Part shown: piece after piece, positions 40,811-55,527 of the stretch | Layout of the letters: the number at the start of each line of letters is the position of its first letter | Position numbering within the stretch: the first letter of the stretch is position 1 | Assembly: GCA_964016885.1 (NCBI GenBank) | Contig: OZ024750.1 | Location: forward strand, 27,528,001 to 27,592,000 | Direction: 5' to 3' | Source: Eledone cirrhosa | Taxonomy: Eukaryota | Length of the DNA: 64,000 nt | The notes under the pieces: model-generated | Seen by the model: the letters and a program-made list of their open reading frames with translations, nothing else | Told to the model about the DNA's origin: nothing | The model's database searches: none | Program-made: the position numbers and the translations under genes

Positions 40811-41540
40811 AATAATAATAAATGTGAAGACTAAAAGTCCACAAAGTATACAAATATAAATTATTGTGAATCCAATTATATCAGATGCAGGACTGTCATA
40901 AATTCTGTCTCTGGTATTTCACGCTTCCGCTCGTTCAAAGGCAATGAAGGAGAGATGCAATGTAAAAAACCAGCGTACACATTAACACATTCTTCGCTCC
41001 AAATGTTACTGATATTTCTCGTCGTTTCTGCTGCTCAGTGGACGGGTTCAAACTCACAGAAATAAATTATTTTTTGATATCTTAACTTCAAAGTTCTGAT
41101 AATTGACAAAAATGCAACTTATATCTAAAAATGGATGACGTAGAACGAAAGAGCATGAAATGTGCTTTAAATTATTATACATAATTTTATACACCCGGCG
41201 TAAGTTTATATCTTAAAAACTGTAAAAAGTAATATAAACATAAAATCTGCTTATAGATTTGTATTCAAATTGTATTTCTAACGAGCGAGAGAAGGTAAGT
41301 ATTTTTATTGTCGATTTAGAAACCTTTTAAAAGTTGAGGTAGGTAGTGCAGATGTACTGGTATGTGGGCATGAAACTCATAAACGTGTAAAAAAAAAAGG
41401 ATGCGGATTTAATTTCGTATTAAAAATGGAAAGTTTTTCGAGTGAAAAATGTTACATGACGTAGGAAAATGGACTATCGCCAAGTTTATATAAAATTGCT
41501 TTCTCAGTAGATGTATATGTACTGTTATGAAATGTATAAG

Positions 41541-41732
41541 AATAACTGTTTCTACGTTGTGCACAAGGCCAGCAATAACCCAGTGTATTACTGGTACTTT
41601 ATTTTATCGACCCCGAAAGGATGAAAGGCAAAGTTAACCTCGGCGGGATTTGAACTCAGAATGGCAAGGGCCGTAACTCTATGCGTCAAAGCATGGCGTC
41701 CGACCCTCTACCGATATTGCCAATCCACCGCC
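41541..41732 (-). mobile_element. Meta/MESC SINE family A
   Basis: Full reverse-complement match. Confidence 0.85.
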
Positions 41733-41804
41733 CTTGTATAACAATAACGTGTTTAGATAAGATCCCATCTTAAAACTGTCCTATTTTATAGATGAATATA
41801 TTCA

Positions 41805-41858
41805 ATGAGTCTGAAATTCGAAACACTTCCGGTCCCAAGCATTTCGGATAAAGGATTA
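41805..41858 (+). mobile_element. Tigger-like DNA transposon terminal fragment
   Basis: GAAACACTTCCGGTCCCAAGCATTTCGGATAA resembles Tigger4/MER46-type ends. Confidence 0.5.
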
Positions 41859-41918
41859 TCGATTATGCTCACACATATCCAAATATGTATGTGTATATAT
41901 ATATATATATACAGACGT

Positions 41919-42006
<88 letters not shown>

Positions 42007-42440
42007 CAAGATGGATTCATTTTAAAACAAGTTAGACCATTACTCAACGGAGTAATCGATACTTTGGGAAGGAGAGTATGATCATCTTATAAAGAGTCGG
42101 GCCCGACGGCTGAGCTCTTGCCGTTTCAACAGCTAGTTCCGGTGGTGATGGTGGTGGGGGGGCACTATATAGGGGAATTATGATGTAAGACTAGAGGATT
42201 TCATCAGGTGTTGTTTCCAGAATTATATAACAGGATTAGGTTGAACCGAAAATAGAAAAAGAAAATAGAGGACAAATTCGATTCTGGGACGGCCTATTAA
42301 ACTGGTGTTATATCGATAGCAGGCGGTCCCTGAATCGATTATATATATATATAGATATATAGATATATATAGATATAAATATATATATATATATATTTAT
42401 ATATAAATATATATATTTATATATATATTTATATATATAT

Positions 42441-42595
42441 CCCCGAAATATATATAATGAAATAAATATGGTTTTATAAATATAGTTTTCCATTTATTTA
42501 ATATTGTAAATATACTCCAAATATTTGTCGAGTGCTTTTATATCAGTTATAAATATTTACTAGTTGTAACCCAACAATTTTAAATATAACTTTAC
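42441..42595 (+). mobile_element. 3' part of the 24143/44504 hammerhead element
   Basis: CCCC-GAAA-TATATA-TA-ATGAAATAAATATGGTTTTATAAATATAG...CCCAACAATTTTAAATATAAC. Confidence 0.65.
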
Positions 42596-42626
42596 ATGTA
42601 TATTTATATATAAATATATATATATA

Positions 42627-42682
<56 letters not shown>

Positions 42683-42757
42683 TATATATATATATTTATA
42701 TATATATATATATAGAGAGAGAGAGATATAAATATATATATATATATTTATATATAA

Positions 42758-42822
<65 letters not shown>

Positions 42823-42856
42823 AAAATGGAACGGGAACAAAACAGAGAGGCAGTAT

Positions 42857-42914
<58 letters not shown>

Positions 42915-43135
42915 GATTCAGGGGTAAACACTGTATTTAAGGTTGAGTAACACAACTTCGAGTGATTAGCGGCCTTTAGACTCATCTGGTCAAGGAAACA
43001 ATTGTTAATACTTGAAATAAAGCCCCTTGTTGTACAGCCGACCATGTTATTCTTCATTCTTTCACTATATATATATATGAGACATAATCCTGGTAAGAGT
43101 GTACGCATTTCTCCTAACTTTAATTTTATACCTAA

Positions 43136-44028
43136 CTAGCAGTAAAGCCCGGCGTTGCTCGGGGTCGCTCAGTAGCTGTGTTAAAGTTACAATGTTAAGT
43201 TTCTTTCTTGGCTTAAAAACTGTAGTGTCTACTGTGCAGACTTGCATGTGGTGTTTTTGATTAATATTCCCTCAACCAACAATATGCCTTATGAAGTTAA
43301 GAAAACATAACGATAACCCGAATGTTATAACAAAAGAGGATGCTGGGGATAGAAACTGCACTGGTTATTTATTAACAAAGATCGAAAATGTAAACACTGC
43401 AACGCAGAGAAAAACATTAGCGTAACCAAATTATCAGTTATGTCTGTCTGCACGCCTATATCACCTCTCTGCACGACTGTCTGTCTGCACGCCTATATCA
43501 CCTCTCTGCACGACTATCTGTCTGCACGCCTATATCACCTCTCTGCACGACTGTCTGTCTGCACGCCTAACGAAATTTACAGATACATATATTTTATATA
43601 AACTTATATAATTTTTGCTTTTTTTTACGAAATATTTGCTTGTTTTAAGTAGTTTTTAAATAGACTTGTTTTCAAGTAAAAATATTGTTTTAAAAGGCTT
43701 GTTTTACGTAGTCTTTAAATCGTGTATTGTGTTAATGTCATTTTAAACGCTGAGAAAGCCAGCGTAATTTTTTTAATTTTTGCACGCAGACGCTCAATGT
43801 AAACAGAACAAAGGGAAATAACTGATCACTTACGCTCAAAAATCGATACATTATATTCGATTTCGTCACATAGGGTGGGTCAATTTGAAATTATTTTTTT
43901 CCGATGTCTTCGCTAGGGCTCAATGTACAAGTATAGCAATTTCGGTGCAATTCCGTGAGAGATTCTAAGAGGAGATGTGTGCCAAAAATCGATAGACAGA
44001 CAGACAACCACAGTTTTATATATATAGA
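43136..44028 (-). mobile_element. Non-autonomous Helitron
   Basis: Minus strand A|TCTATATATATAAAA 5' end; 3' hairpin CCCGAGCAACGCCGGG then CTAG|T; internal short tandem repeat at ~43440-43570. Confidence 0.75.
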
Positions 44029-44266
44029 TTGTGTATGGTTGACGGTATATTTAGTCGATTTCCACGTGCTGTTGAAATGTTGGATAAATATTCTATTGCG
44101 GTCGGCCGCGAAGAGGCTGCTGTCGTTTATTTATCAAATATTTCTTCATGGGAGCCTTTAATTTTGGTCTAGCCTGGTCTAATTGATTTTTTATGTGGTT
44201 AATTATGCTAATTAGGAGAGGAAATGGTCTATATATATTATCAAATGATTCTATGGACATATTTTA

Positions 44267-44337
<71 letters not shown>

Positions 44338-44503
44338 AAAGTTTTATTTAAAATTGTTGGGTTACAACAAGTAAATATTTTATAACTGATATAAAGCACT
44401 CGACAAGTTTTGGGAGTAGATATACGATATTGCCAGCCTCCTACCTTAATGGTCGCTATATTTATGGTACGTCAAAATTATTTATAAAACTGGTTATATA
44501 TTG

Positions 44504-44569
44504 TATTTTATCTGACGAAGGCATGCCATATTTTTAATATGGTATCCTTGAAATATGTATAATGAAATA
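44504..44569 (+). ncRNA. Type I hammerhead (complete core)
   Basis: TATTTTAT-CTGACGA(44512)-AGGCATGCCATA-TTTTTAA-TATGGTATCCTT-GAAA(44550)-TATGTA-TA-ATGAAATA; inverted 3' tail upstream at ~44335-44430. Confidence 0.8.
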
Positions 44570-44760
44570 AATATGGTTTTATAAATAAAGTTTCCATTTG
44601 TTTAATATCGTATATATATATATATTTCGTTTCTGAATTTTGGAACCAACCACCCGGAAATTTATATATTCCTAAATTTATAAATTTAATTTATAATAAA
44701 TTGAAGTGAAAGCAACTGGTGCGTGTGTTTCTTATTGGCAACATGACACTCCCAAAGTAT

Positions 44761-44852
<92 letters not shown>

Positions 44853-44960
44853 TATTTTCCGTTGTGTTGTAATATAAATATTACACACAGTAGATTGACA
44901 GCTCACGTAGAGTTTGCTCGACGGTTCCAGTTGTAGTCCCAAAAGTAATCCGGAGAAAAA

Positions 44961-45103
44961 TAGAAAGATTTGAATGGATACAGTTTAGTTGAAAGGAATT
45001 TATTGACACGTGTTTCTATAATAGTTTCTATAACAGTAACTGTTATAGAAACACGTGTCAATAAATTCCTTTCAACTAAACTGTATCCATTCAAATCTTT
45101 CTA
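44961..45103. mobile_element. Palindrome of two hammerhead 3' halves folded back within stem II
   Basis: GAAACACGTGTC-AATAAA on plus (45048) and minus (45005-45016) strands. Confidence 0.65.
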
Positions 45104-45196
45104 TATATATATATATATATATATGGGTAGTGGTAGAACACTGGGAGGTAATAACCGTAGTAGTAGAGCACTCAGTCCATTGGACGAGTTCGGTAA

Positions 45197-45338
45197 GAAT
45201 TAGTTCCACAAGAGTTAATAAACCATATTCAAGGACACGTGTTTCACGTTTCGGATCTTCAAACTATTGAAGATCCGCAAGGTGAAATAACATTTGTCCT
45301 CAAATATGGTTTATTAACTGTTGTGGAAGTAACTTCTA
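45197..45338. mobile_element. Fold-back element with its apex at a hammerhead core
   Basis: Minus arm TGAAGA-TCCGAAACGT-GAAA-CACGTG-TC; plus arm TGAAGA-TCCGCAAGGT-GAAA; apex ~45262-45267. Confidence 0.65.
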
Positions 45339-45366
45339 TATATGTATGTATATTATAAATATATAT

Positions 45367-45414
<48 letters not shown>

Positions 45415-45537
45415 TTACATATATGAAAAGATTCAGGACCCTGACGGCTGAGCTTGTTAACTGTGAGTTTGGATCTAGCATCTAGCTGTCGAAACGGCTG
45501 GATTTTACTGCACCACCTGGTATTTTACTGCACCCTA

Positions 45538-45579
<42 letters not shown>

Positions 45580-45595
45580 TAAAATAACAGATTAA

Positions 45596-45646
45596 AGTTT
45601 AATCAAAGAATCGCTGCTTTCACCCTTAACGGGATCTTCTGAAACT
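45596..45646 (-). ncRNA. Hammerhead-like motif with CAGAAGA core (copy 2)
   Basis: AGTTT-CAGAAGA-TCCCGTTAAGGGT-GAAA-GCAGCGATTCTTTGA-TT-AAACT. Confidence 0.6.
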
Positions 45647-45769
45647 AACAAAGTCAATCTGTAAACGCAGAAGTGGATATTTCAAAAAACGTTGCAACCG
45701 GAGGAAGACAGGAAGACGATACTTTGGTTCGTGGAAATGTTCGCTGGCAAAGAACGGGAAAAAACGAAT

Positions 45770-46216
45770 ATAATACGATATATTAACAAATGGAAACTAT
45801 ATTTATAAAACCATATTTATTTCATTATACATATTTCAAGGACACCAAGTCAAATTTTGGTGCGCTTTCATCAGATATATATAATATATATACTAAATAT
45901 AATATATATATATACTAAATATATATACTAAATATAATATATATACTATCCGGGACCTTCCAACAGAAATGGTCGCATTCTTTAAGGGTATGTCAATATT
46001 TATTTATAAAACTGATCTATATTATAGTTTATCTGAAAAGCGCACAATAATTTGACTTGGTGTCCTTGAAATATGTATAATGAAATAAATATGGTTTTAT
46101 AAATATAGTTTCCATTTGTTAATATATCGTATTTTTACTCCAATAATTTGTTGAGTGCTTTATATCAGTTATAAAAATATTTGCTTGTTGTATCCCAACA
46201 ATTTAAATATAACTTC

Positions 46217-46218
<2 letters not shown>
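45770..46218. mobile_element. Inverted pair of the 24143-family hammerhead element
   Basis: Minus copy CTGATGA 45868-45874 / GAAA 45834-45837; plus copy 45950-46218 with a deleted core (CTGA-AAAGCGC). Confidence 0.75.
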
Positions 46219-46273
<55 letters not shown>

Positions 46274-46544
46274 GGGATCACAGGTTATCGTTATAGGCAT
46301 ATATATATATATATATATTTATTATTCCAATGCCCTTTTGGGTTCTTATATTTATATCAAGTAAAAAATCCACATAAATGATATTTATAGAAAACTATGA
46401 ATAAGTCGGTCCGCTGTTTAAATTGTTGATTGTTAACTGTGACTTCATTTGCTACTTCAACTTATCAACAATTAATGACCCCATTTTCTCACTTCTTTCA
46501 TTTACTCATTTACTACTACTACTACTACTACTAATACTACTACT

Positions 46545-46609
<65 letters not shown>

Positions 46610-47194
46610 CACTACTACTACTACTACTACAACTACTACTACTACTACCATATTCTAACACTATCCTTTCTGTCTGACTTTTCTGCCTTTCGCTATCCTT
46701 CTCTCGTTATATTTATTTATATATATAAAACTCTACTGCGGTATTGAGTACTATTTTCAGGATAGAACTAGTTAAAAACTAGTTACACCATTACTTAATA
46801 GAATACTCGTTACTTGGATTAATAGAGTATGGCTATATCATAAAGAGTCAGGAGTACTGAGCTTTACCTTTACAACCTGAGCGCTACCTTTACAACCACA
46901 CCTCTGAAGTGTTTTGCTTAAGAACACAACATGCAACCTAGCCCAGGAATCGAACTCTTACCCTTAGGTCACACGCCTCTACAAGAGAGAGAAAGTAAAA
47001 AATAAAATCGACGATTCAAGCATCTTTATATAGAATGTTGCTATCAACACGTTATTAAATAAAATATATTTTACGCTAAAATTATTAAATTAGATGGTTT
47101 ATTCTAGAATTATTAAATTAGATATTTTAATGCAAATCCCGTCATTTTTGACAGGTATTAGGTTAGTATACATACAAACGTACGCACACTCATA

Positions 47195-47384
47195 CGAAGT
47201 GGTACTGAAAATATAGGAGCATGAGTTTTAAAAAATACCAAAGGATCCGTTAATTATGATTTTATTCAACATATACCCCTCTCAGATACACACACTTATT
47301 GCAGCGGTCTTACATCCCTTGTAAAGGTAACAGCTCTACCCTTTCGAGATACCCTTAAGCCAGGAATATTTTAGCACACCCTCG
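47195..47384. mobile_element. Mariner-like MITE (diverged)
   Basis: TA-CGAAGTGGTACTGAAAATAT / ATATTTTAGCACACCCTCG imperfect TIRs. Confidence 0.5.
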
Positions 47385-47749
47385 AATATTTAATCATGTA
47401 TGTGTGTGTTTGTTTGTTTGTGTGTGTGTGGTGTTTGTGTGTGTTTGTATGTGTGTATTTGTCTATGTGTCTGTTTGTTTATTTGTGTATGTCTGTGAGT
47501 AAACCTATCTAATATAATCAGTTATGTAATATAAAAAGCAAGCTTGTTTGTAGTAATTATATATAGAGAATATGCAGAGCTACATTCCGTGTAACATTTG
47601 CATATAAACAGTGAAATTTACATAAGTTATTCCTGACCCCGCCCTCTCCCATATATGATGTCTGCTCACTAATTAACATAATTATGTATGTACAGTTGCA
47701 TTATCTTCTCCTGCACTTGTAACTAACACCATGCACAACATCAAGAACA

Positions 47750-47817
<68 letters not shown>

Positions 47818-48447
47818 CTGGCTTCTTCTCTCTATAGACACACACACACAGACATATATATATAATTCATATAAATATTCGCATATACAACATGCATACA
47901 TATACGCACACAGAGATAGAGAATAAACACAGACACACACACACATATATATATATATGTATGTGGGTGTGTGAGTGTGAGTGTGCGTGTGGGTGTGTAT
48001 TTACGTTTAATTGCATCAAGTGTTACTAGTTGTTCAATGTACTCTTGTACTACAGCACAGTCTTCTTCTTCTTCTTCTTCTTCTTCTTCTTCTTCTTCTT
48101 CTTCTTCTTCTTCTTCTTCTCCCGTCCCTCCCCCCTCTTCTCATCCTCCCCCTTCCCTCTGCCCCAGATAGTCCACAGTTAGTTGTTCCTCTCCCTTCAA
48201 GCCACTACCATTCCTATCCCCACCATTCCTATCTACATGGTCCCATCTTCCTGTACTTCTCGTCATTAACTTATTGTATACCTATTCTTCCACGTGGTTC
48301 CGTCTGTCCGTACTGTCTCCGTCAACCTCCAATATCTCTCAACTCTCTGCTACTATTCTTCCAAATATTCTCCTCTCATCTCGACTCGATAAACACCGCG
48401 GCCTAGTCCCACATAGTTTTCAACCCCCTCCGTCTCCCTCCTTCGCG

Positions 48448-48689
<242 letters not shown>

Positions 48690-48755
48690 ATATATATACG
48701 CACACACACATATATATATATGTATATACATTTATACATACATACATGCACACAA

Positions 48756-48797
<42 letters not shown>

Positions 48798-48883
48798 GTA
48801 TATGTATATAACTATGTATACTAGGGAGAGGATCAGGGGTGTATAACACTCCACTTATCCAGCAGGCAGTATAAGGTTATAAC

Positions 48884-48922
<39 letters not shown>

Positions 48923-48928
48923 GCACAC

Positions 48929-48992
<64 letters not shown>

Positions 48993-49094
48993 TTATACAT
49001 ACATACATGCACACAAATAAATATGTATATATATATATATATACATATATGTATATGTATATATATATATGTACATATACATATATATATATAT

Positions 49095-49131
<37 letters not shown>

Positions 49132-49755
49132 TACAATAAAATATGTCCATAGAATCATTTGTTCATATATATATTTATTTGTGTGCATGTATGTATGTAT
49201 GTATAAATATATATCTAGATATATATGTGTGTGTGTGTGTGCGTGTATGTGTGTGTATTGTTATACATTGGGAGAGTCATGCTCCCAATAAAATTCACAA
49301 CAGTCAAAAACGAAATATCTATTTATCTATTTCCTATCTATCAATCTATATATATATATATATATGAAATTATGTACAAACATATACGTATATATATATA
49401 TATATACATATACTCGTATATACGTATATGTATGTATATAATTTCATATCACCGTAACTGAGTACAATCTTATCCGACTGCTTGCCTGCCTCTCTGCCAG
49501 CTTGTCTGCTTGCCTGTCGGTCTGTTTGACTAGTCAAAGTGTCATATCTAGCGAGACACGTGGTTTATAGTGGGTGAAGTTTGTTAAGCCTCCTAGAGTG
49601 ACTAAAGTGACGGCAAAAAAGGCGGGAAGCATTCAGGGCGGGAAGCAGTGAAGGCGGGAAGCATTGAAGGCGGGAAGCATTCAACAGTAGTTTCTTTAGC
49701 TTTTCGCGTGTATGTATATGTGTATATATAGATGTGTATATATATGTTTTTTTTG

Positions 49756-49805
<50 letters not shown>

Positions 49806-49820
49806 CAAACATATATATAC

Positions 49821-49922
<102 letters not shown>

Positions 49923-50021
49923 ATCTGCTCTACTGCGGCTAGAACTTCGATTTATACCTGTTATTGTTATAATTATATATATATATATGTGTGTGTGTGT
50001 GCGTGTATGTGTGTGTGTGTG

Positions 50022-50059
<38 letters not shown>

Positions 50060-50082
50060 TATATGTATATATATATGTATAA

Positions 50083-50158
<76 letters not shown>

Positions 50159-50221
50159 TTAATATAGTATTAATATACAAGGGAACAAAGAATCAGTGTT
50201 TCATCATATACATATTTAATT

Positions 50222-50313
50222 ACATATTACATATGTTTCACTGTCGATCGGCTCGAGGAACGATTTATTAATAATCTGACCTTATTCTGGAATCGGAAGC
50301 TCCTCAGATATAT
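50222..50313 (-). ncRNA. Type I hammerhead with long stem II (complete core)
   Basis: Minus strand ATATAT-CTGAGGA-GCT...AGT-GAAA-CATATG-TA-ATATGT. Confidence 0.7.
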
Positions 50314-50443
50314 ATTCGTATCTAGTTGTCGGACGAGAGAACAGAGTACTTAATACTGAAGTAGAATTTGAATATCTTGTTACTCTGGAGTTAATACTGG
50401 ATTCTATTGTACTCAAGAGAGATCTGATATATTGGATTACACC

Positions 50444-50612
50444 ATTGTTTTGTGTTTCTTGGAAAAGCTTTTGACTCTGTTAATTGGAAAGCACTGTGAT
50501 TAGTGCTGAAGAAATTTAGCTCTCCTGAAACGTCTGTGTATATAACCAAGGCTCACAATACGCGTATGGAGACCCGGGCTAACTTTGGTGGAACCCTATC
50601 GGAAACATTTCA
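50444..50612 (+). pseudogene. Degenerate RTE-type reverse transcriptase fragment
   Basis: FVFLGKAFDSVNWKAL*LVLKKFSSPE...GGTLSETF resembles the RT KAFD region. Confidence 0.6.
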
Positions 50613-50664
50613 CACAAATAATTTCTTTAATTTCTTTAGTCAAAATACGCCGATAGCTTACATT

Positions 50665-50735
<71 letters not shown>

Positions 50736-50946
50736 AATAAATGTAATCTGAGTTTTTCGAATGTTAATAATAACATTCGATTCGTTTGCAATTATGCAAA
50801 CAAGCCTCAATTTTATAGCCATGTCAGTAGAATGAACACTTCATTCTTGATCTTGTGTTGGCATGCGACCAGATCTGCAGACACTAATGTTTCTGGGTAT
50901 CATCCTTCATCAGTACAGCTCACTGTTCACCTGCCAAACTGTATAC

Positions 50947-51068
<122 letters not shown>

Positions 51069-51169
51069 GCTCTGTATTATACTTATTATATTACATCGAG
51101 CTATAGTCATACTTGTAACTGGGTAATATTTAATATAATTCACCATATATATATATATATATATATATA

Positions 51170-51440
51170 TAGTTTTAATATAGATGAGATTCTACAGGAT
51201 TCTGGGTTGAATCGGAGGTAACCACAGTAAGTAAGGTACTCAATACATAGCAGAGTATAACAGTTTTAATATAGATGAGATTCTACAGGACTAGAACTGT
51301 TTCATTCATTTGAAATCATCAGGAATCTCCATTCAAATGAATGAAACAGTTCTAGTCCTGTAGAATCTCATCTATATTAAAACTGTTATACTCTGCTATG
51401 TATTGAGTACCTTACCTCCGATTCAACCCGGAATAACGTA
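51170..51440. mobile_element. Fold-back hammerhead element in (TA)n
   Basis: Arms ~51200-51314 / 51332-51434; the 3' tail also occurs at 6650-6722 and 19266-19328. Confidence 0.8.
51277..51329 (-). ncRNA. Type I hammerhead (complete, 4-bp stem III)
   Basis: GAGATTC-CTGATGA-TTTCAAATGAAT-GAAA-CAG-TTCTAGTC-CTG-TA-GAATCTC. Confidence 0.85.
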
Positions 51441-51465
51441 TATATATATATATATATATATGGTG

Positions 51466-51529
<64 letters not shown>

Positions 51530-51994
51530 GTATATACGTACAGGTATGCATGCACAGCCATTTCAGATGACGGACTCCTGTTGCGAGAGGAAAACCTTTG
51601 ATGGACTGGTGCCGCCCAATAAACTACCTGTTGAGGTAGTGTAGTAGTTGGTAGTACAGTATTTTCGTGGTGTGTGAGTGTGTGAGTGTGTGTGTGTGTG
51701 GGCGCGAGGTGGGAAGGGGATTGCTAGTTAAGATACTTAAAGCTTATTTATCTTTACAATTTTATATCTATCTTCTTTCACTCTTAATAAAGAAAACAGT
51801 CGAGGGAGTAGCGTGCAGTGAGAAGAGAGGTAACATAAAGACCAACTTACGAAATCTGTTTTTATGTGGGCCTAAGGCTATAGTGCACCTGTATGTGTAT
51901 GTGTGCATACGCACCTGCATGTGTATGTATATGTTTGTGTACCTGCATGTGCGTGTGTGTGCGCGCACCTGCATGTATATGTGTGCGCACCTGC

Positions 51995-52680
51995 ATGTGT
52001 GTGTGTATGTGTTTTTGTTTGTGTACCTGTATGTCTGTGTATGTGTTTTTGTTTGTGTACCTGTATGTGTGTCTGTGTATGTGTTTTTGTTTGTGTACCT
52101 GTATGTCTGTGTATGTGTTTTTGTTTGTGTACCTGTATGTATGTGTTTTTGTTTGTGTACCTGTATATGTGTGTATGTGTTTTTATTTGTGTACCTGTAT
52201 GTATGTGTGTGTATTTGTTTTTGTTTGTGTACCTGTATGTATGTGTGTGTATTTGTTTTTGTTTGTGTACCTGTATGTATGTGTGTGTATGTGTTTTTGT
52301 TTGTGTACCTGTATGTGTGTGTATGTGTTTTTGTTTGTGTACCTGTATGTGTGTGTATGTGTTTTTGTTTGTGTACCTGTATGTGTGTGTGTGTGTGTAT
52401 GTGTTTTTGTTTGTGTACCTGTATGTGTGTGTGTGTATGTGTTTTTGTTTGTGTACCTGTATGTGTGTGTATGTGTTTTTGTTTGTGTACCTGTATGTGT
52501 GTGTATGTATGTGTTTTTGTTTGTGTACCTGTATGTGTGTGTATGTGTTTTTGTTTGTGTACCTGTATGTGTGTGTATGTGTTTTTGTTTGTGTACCTGT
52601 ATGTATGTGTATGTGTTTTTGTTTGTATACCTGTATGTGTGTGTATGTATGTGTATGTGTTTTTGTTTGTGTACCTGCAT
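51995..52680. repeat. ~30-36-bp minisatellite
   Basis: Repeated GTATGTGTTTTTGTTTGTGTACCTGTATGT(GT)n. Confidence 0.9.
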
Positions 52681-52804
52681 TTATTAGGTGGCTGTGGGGA
52701 GGCGGTGGCCCGAAAAGTTTGAGAAACTTTGTTCGAAACTATTCTATATATTTACAACCACCTTTATAAATTTTCACCTGTATAGTCATCGACTCTGCAA
52801 TTTA

Positions 52805-53072
52805 TAAAGTCTAAAGTCTGTTTCGAGCCACAGACACTCAGAGGCTGGTGTTTATCTCAGTATATACGTATATACACATAGAGGACGCCAGGCCATCGCA
52901 GGGTTAAACCTCAAGTTATTACAGGTACTTGTTGAGTACACTGAATATACTGAAGCTACGTGAAATAAAGTGTTTCGCTCAAGAACACAACACGGAACCC
53001 AGTCCAGGAATCGAACCCACAACATTACGATGGCGAATCCAACACCCTTACCACTAAGCCACGCACCTCTAC
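52805..53072 (-). mobile_element. tRNA-derived SINE family B; fragment also at 46903-46982
   Basis: GGAATCGAACCC and ACCACTAAGCCA (reverse-complement B/A boxes), GCTCAAGAACACAAC, CCATCGCAGGGTTA. Confidence 0.7.
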
Positions 53073-53684
53073 AGTAATTCCCCCCACCCCCACACGCCCC
53101 ACGCCCACACCCCTAGTATAACCTCTGTATTGGATTTGTTGTTTTACATCATTAATATTTTAGTGAATTGTTGTTTACCTGTTTATCGAGAGATAGAAGC
53201 TGAGGAAGTCGGCAGGAGTGATAGAGACGGAGACAGAGTGAGAGAGAATGAGGTGGAGTGTGAGGGAGAGGGAGTGAGAGAGTGAGGGAGAGACGGAGTG
53301 AGAAAGAGAGAGATAAAGCAGAGAATGTGAGAGAGAGAGAGATAGAGATTGATAGGGAGGAGGTTATAGGGAGATATAGGAAGAGACAGATAGACAGTGG
53401 GACAGAACCGACTGGGATTGGCGGGAAATCGTGTATATAGAGAGTAAATAGCGTGTTAGACTGTTATGTATAGGTATGTATAGACATGCATACATATACA
53501 AACAGGCAGACATTTATACATACATACATATATATATACATATATATACATATACATATATATATAAATATATACATATATATATATATATACACACACA
53601 TATATATATATATATATACATATATATATACATTCCAACACATATATACATACATACTTGCGTACATAGCGATAGACAACAGGT

Positions 53685-53739
<55 letters not shown>

Positions 53740-53792
53740 CTCTTTTACGCTGTTCCAGCCATCCGGCTGAGGCCATGCTGGGGCACGGCCCT

Positions 53793-53862
<70 letters not shown>

Positions 53863-53949
53863 CAAAGGGATATTTAATTTGTTGACAATTCAAGGGTACC
53901 AATATATATATATATATGTATATGTGTATATATATATATATGTATATAT

Positions 53950-53990
<41 letters not shown>

Positions 53991-54202
53991 GAGATAGATA
54001 GATAGATAGATAGACAGACAAGCTAGAGAAGCCATTTAAAAAGAATATTTAGACTTTAAAATATAAATATTCTGTACAGTAAATAGTGAGCCACAAGACA
54101 GGCAGAATACGGGACACACCTACCTCTATAGTGATGTGTGAACAGGGAAAGTGAGAGGTACAGCGGAAAGACAATAGGATATAACTAAGGAGAGAGGGAA
54201 AG

Positions 54203-54267
<65 letters not shown>

Positions 54268-54293
54268 TATGGAGAAAGGGAAAGGAGAGCGAG

Positions 54294-54328
<35 letters not shown>

Positions 54329-54653
54329 AAGGGAAAGGAGAGTGAGATAGCGAGAGAGAGAGAAAGGGAAAGGAGAGTGAGATATATAGAGAGAGAGGGA
54401 AAGGGAAAGGAGAGTGAAGTATAGAGAGATAGAGAAAGACAAAGGGAAAGGAGAGAGAAAAAGAGAGACAAATAAAAAGGGAAAGGACAGAGATAGAGAG
54501 AGAGAGAGATAGAAAGGCACAAAGAGAAAAAGAAGGGAAGTACATCGGGAGAGAGAGAGATGGACAGAAAGAGACGGCAAGTAAGAAATGAATAAAGAGA
54601 GAGAGAAAATGTGATAGTCAGAAAGCCGGGTAGAGAGAAAGGATAGAGAGTGA

Positions 54654-54693
<40 letters not shown>

Positions 54694-55329
54694 GGGAGAC
54701 AGACAGAAAGTGGGAGACACAGGGTAATTGACAGAGAGAGAGAGAAGGGCAGAGAGAGACAGAGACAGAGGGTAATTGACAGAGAGAGAGAGAGAAGGAC
54801 AGAGAGAGACAGAGAGAGAGTGACAGAGGGTAATTGACAGAGAGAGAGAGAGGGGGACAGAGGGAGACAGAGGGTAATTGACAGAGAGAGTGAGGGACAG
54901 AATAAAACAGAAAAAAAAGGAGAAAGAGAGAGAGATGGCAAGAGAAAAGGAGGGAAAAAGAGGTGAGAGGGAGGAGAAACGAAAAAAAGAAGGAAAAGTG
55001 GATTTGATTGGATATTATTTCCCGCCCTAAAACTCTAACCCTAACCTGCCAAAATAACCTATTTCACCTAGATTTTCTATGCTTTCCTCGGTCCTCCACT
55101 CATTTTTTTTCTTTACTTTCTTAAAAAAATGTCCTTCCTTGCCTCCTTCTTTCTCTTCTTCCTTCTTTCCTTCCTTCCCTCTTTCTCTTCTTCCTTCTTC
55201 CTCTATTTTCCTTCTCTTTTTCCTTCTCTTTAATAATGCTATCATCTCAATTTCTTCAAACGATACCACCACACTTATCTCCCTTGCCCTCGTCTGTAAT
55301 TCAACTCGGAGTTGTTTTTTTTACACACA

Positions 55330-55361
<32 letters not shown>

Positions 55362-55404
55362 AATATACACACAAACATACACATACATACACACATACAT
55401 ATAT

Positions 55405-55448
<44 letters not shown>

Positions 55449-55493
55449 ATATATGTATGTGTGTATGTATGTGTATGTTTGTGTGTATATTTA

Positions 55494-55527
<34 letters not shown>

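Noticed and set aside
42940-42995. Weak hammerhead-like strings here (minus) and at 45440-45500 (plus)
   Set aside because: Cores carry substitutions or deletions and the stems are ambiguous; possibly decayed members, not counted as features
51667-52769. Cys/Val-rich ORFs of 264-351 aa, and the many YIYI/THTH/CVCV ORFs elsewhere
   Set aside because: Simple-repeat translations open in multiple frames
52990-53072. tRNA-like A/B boxes
   Set aside because: SINE head continuing into a SINE body; no full cloverleaf evident
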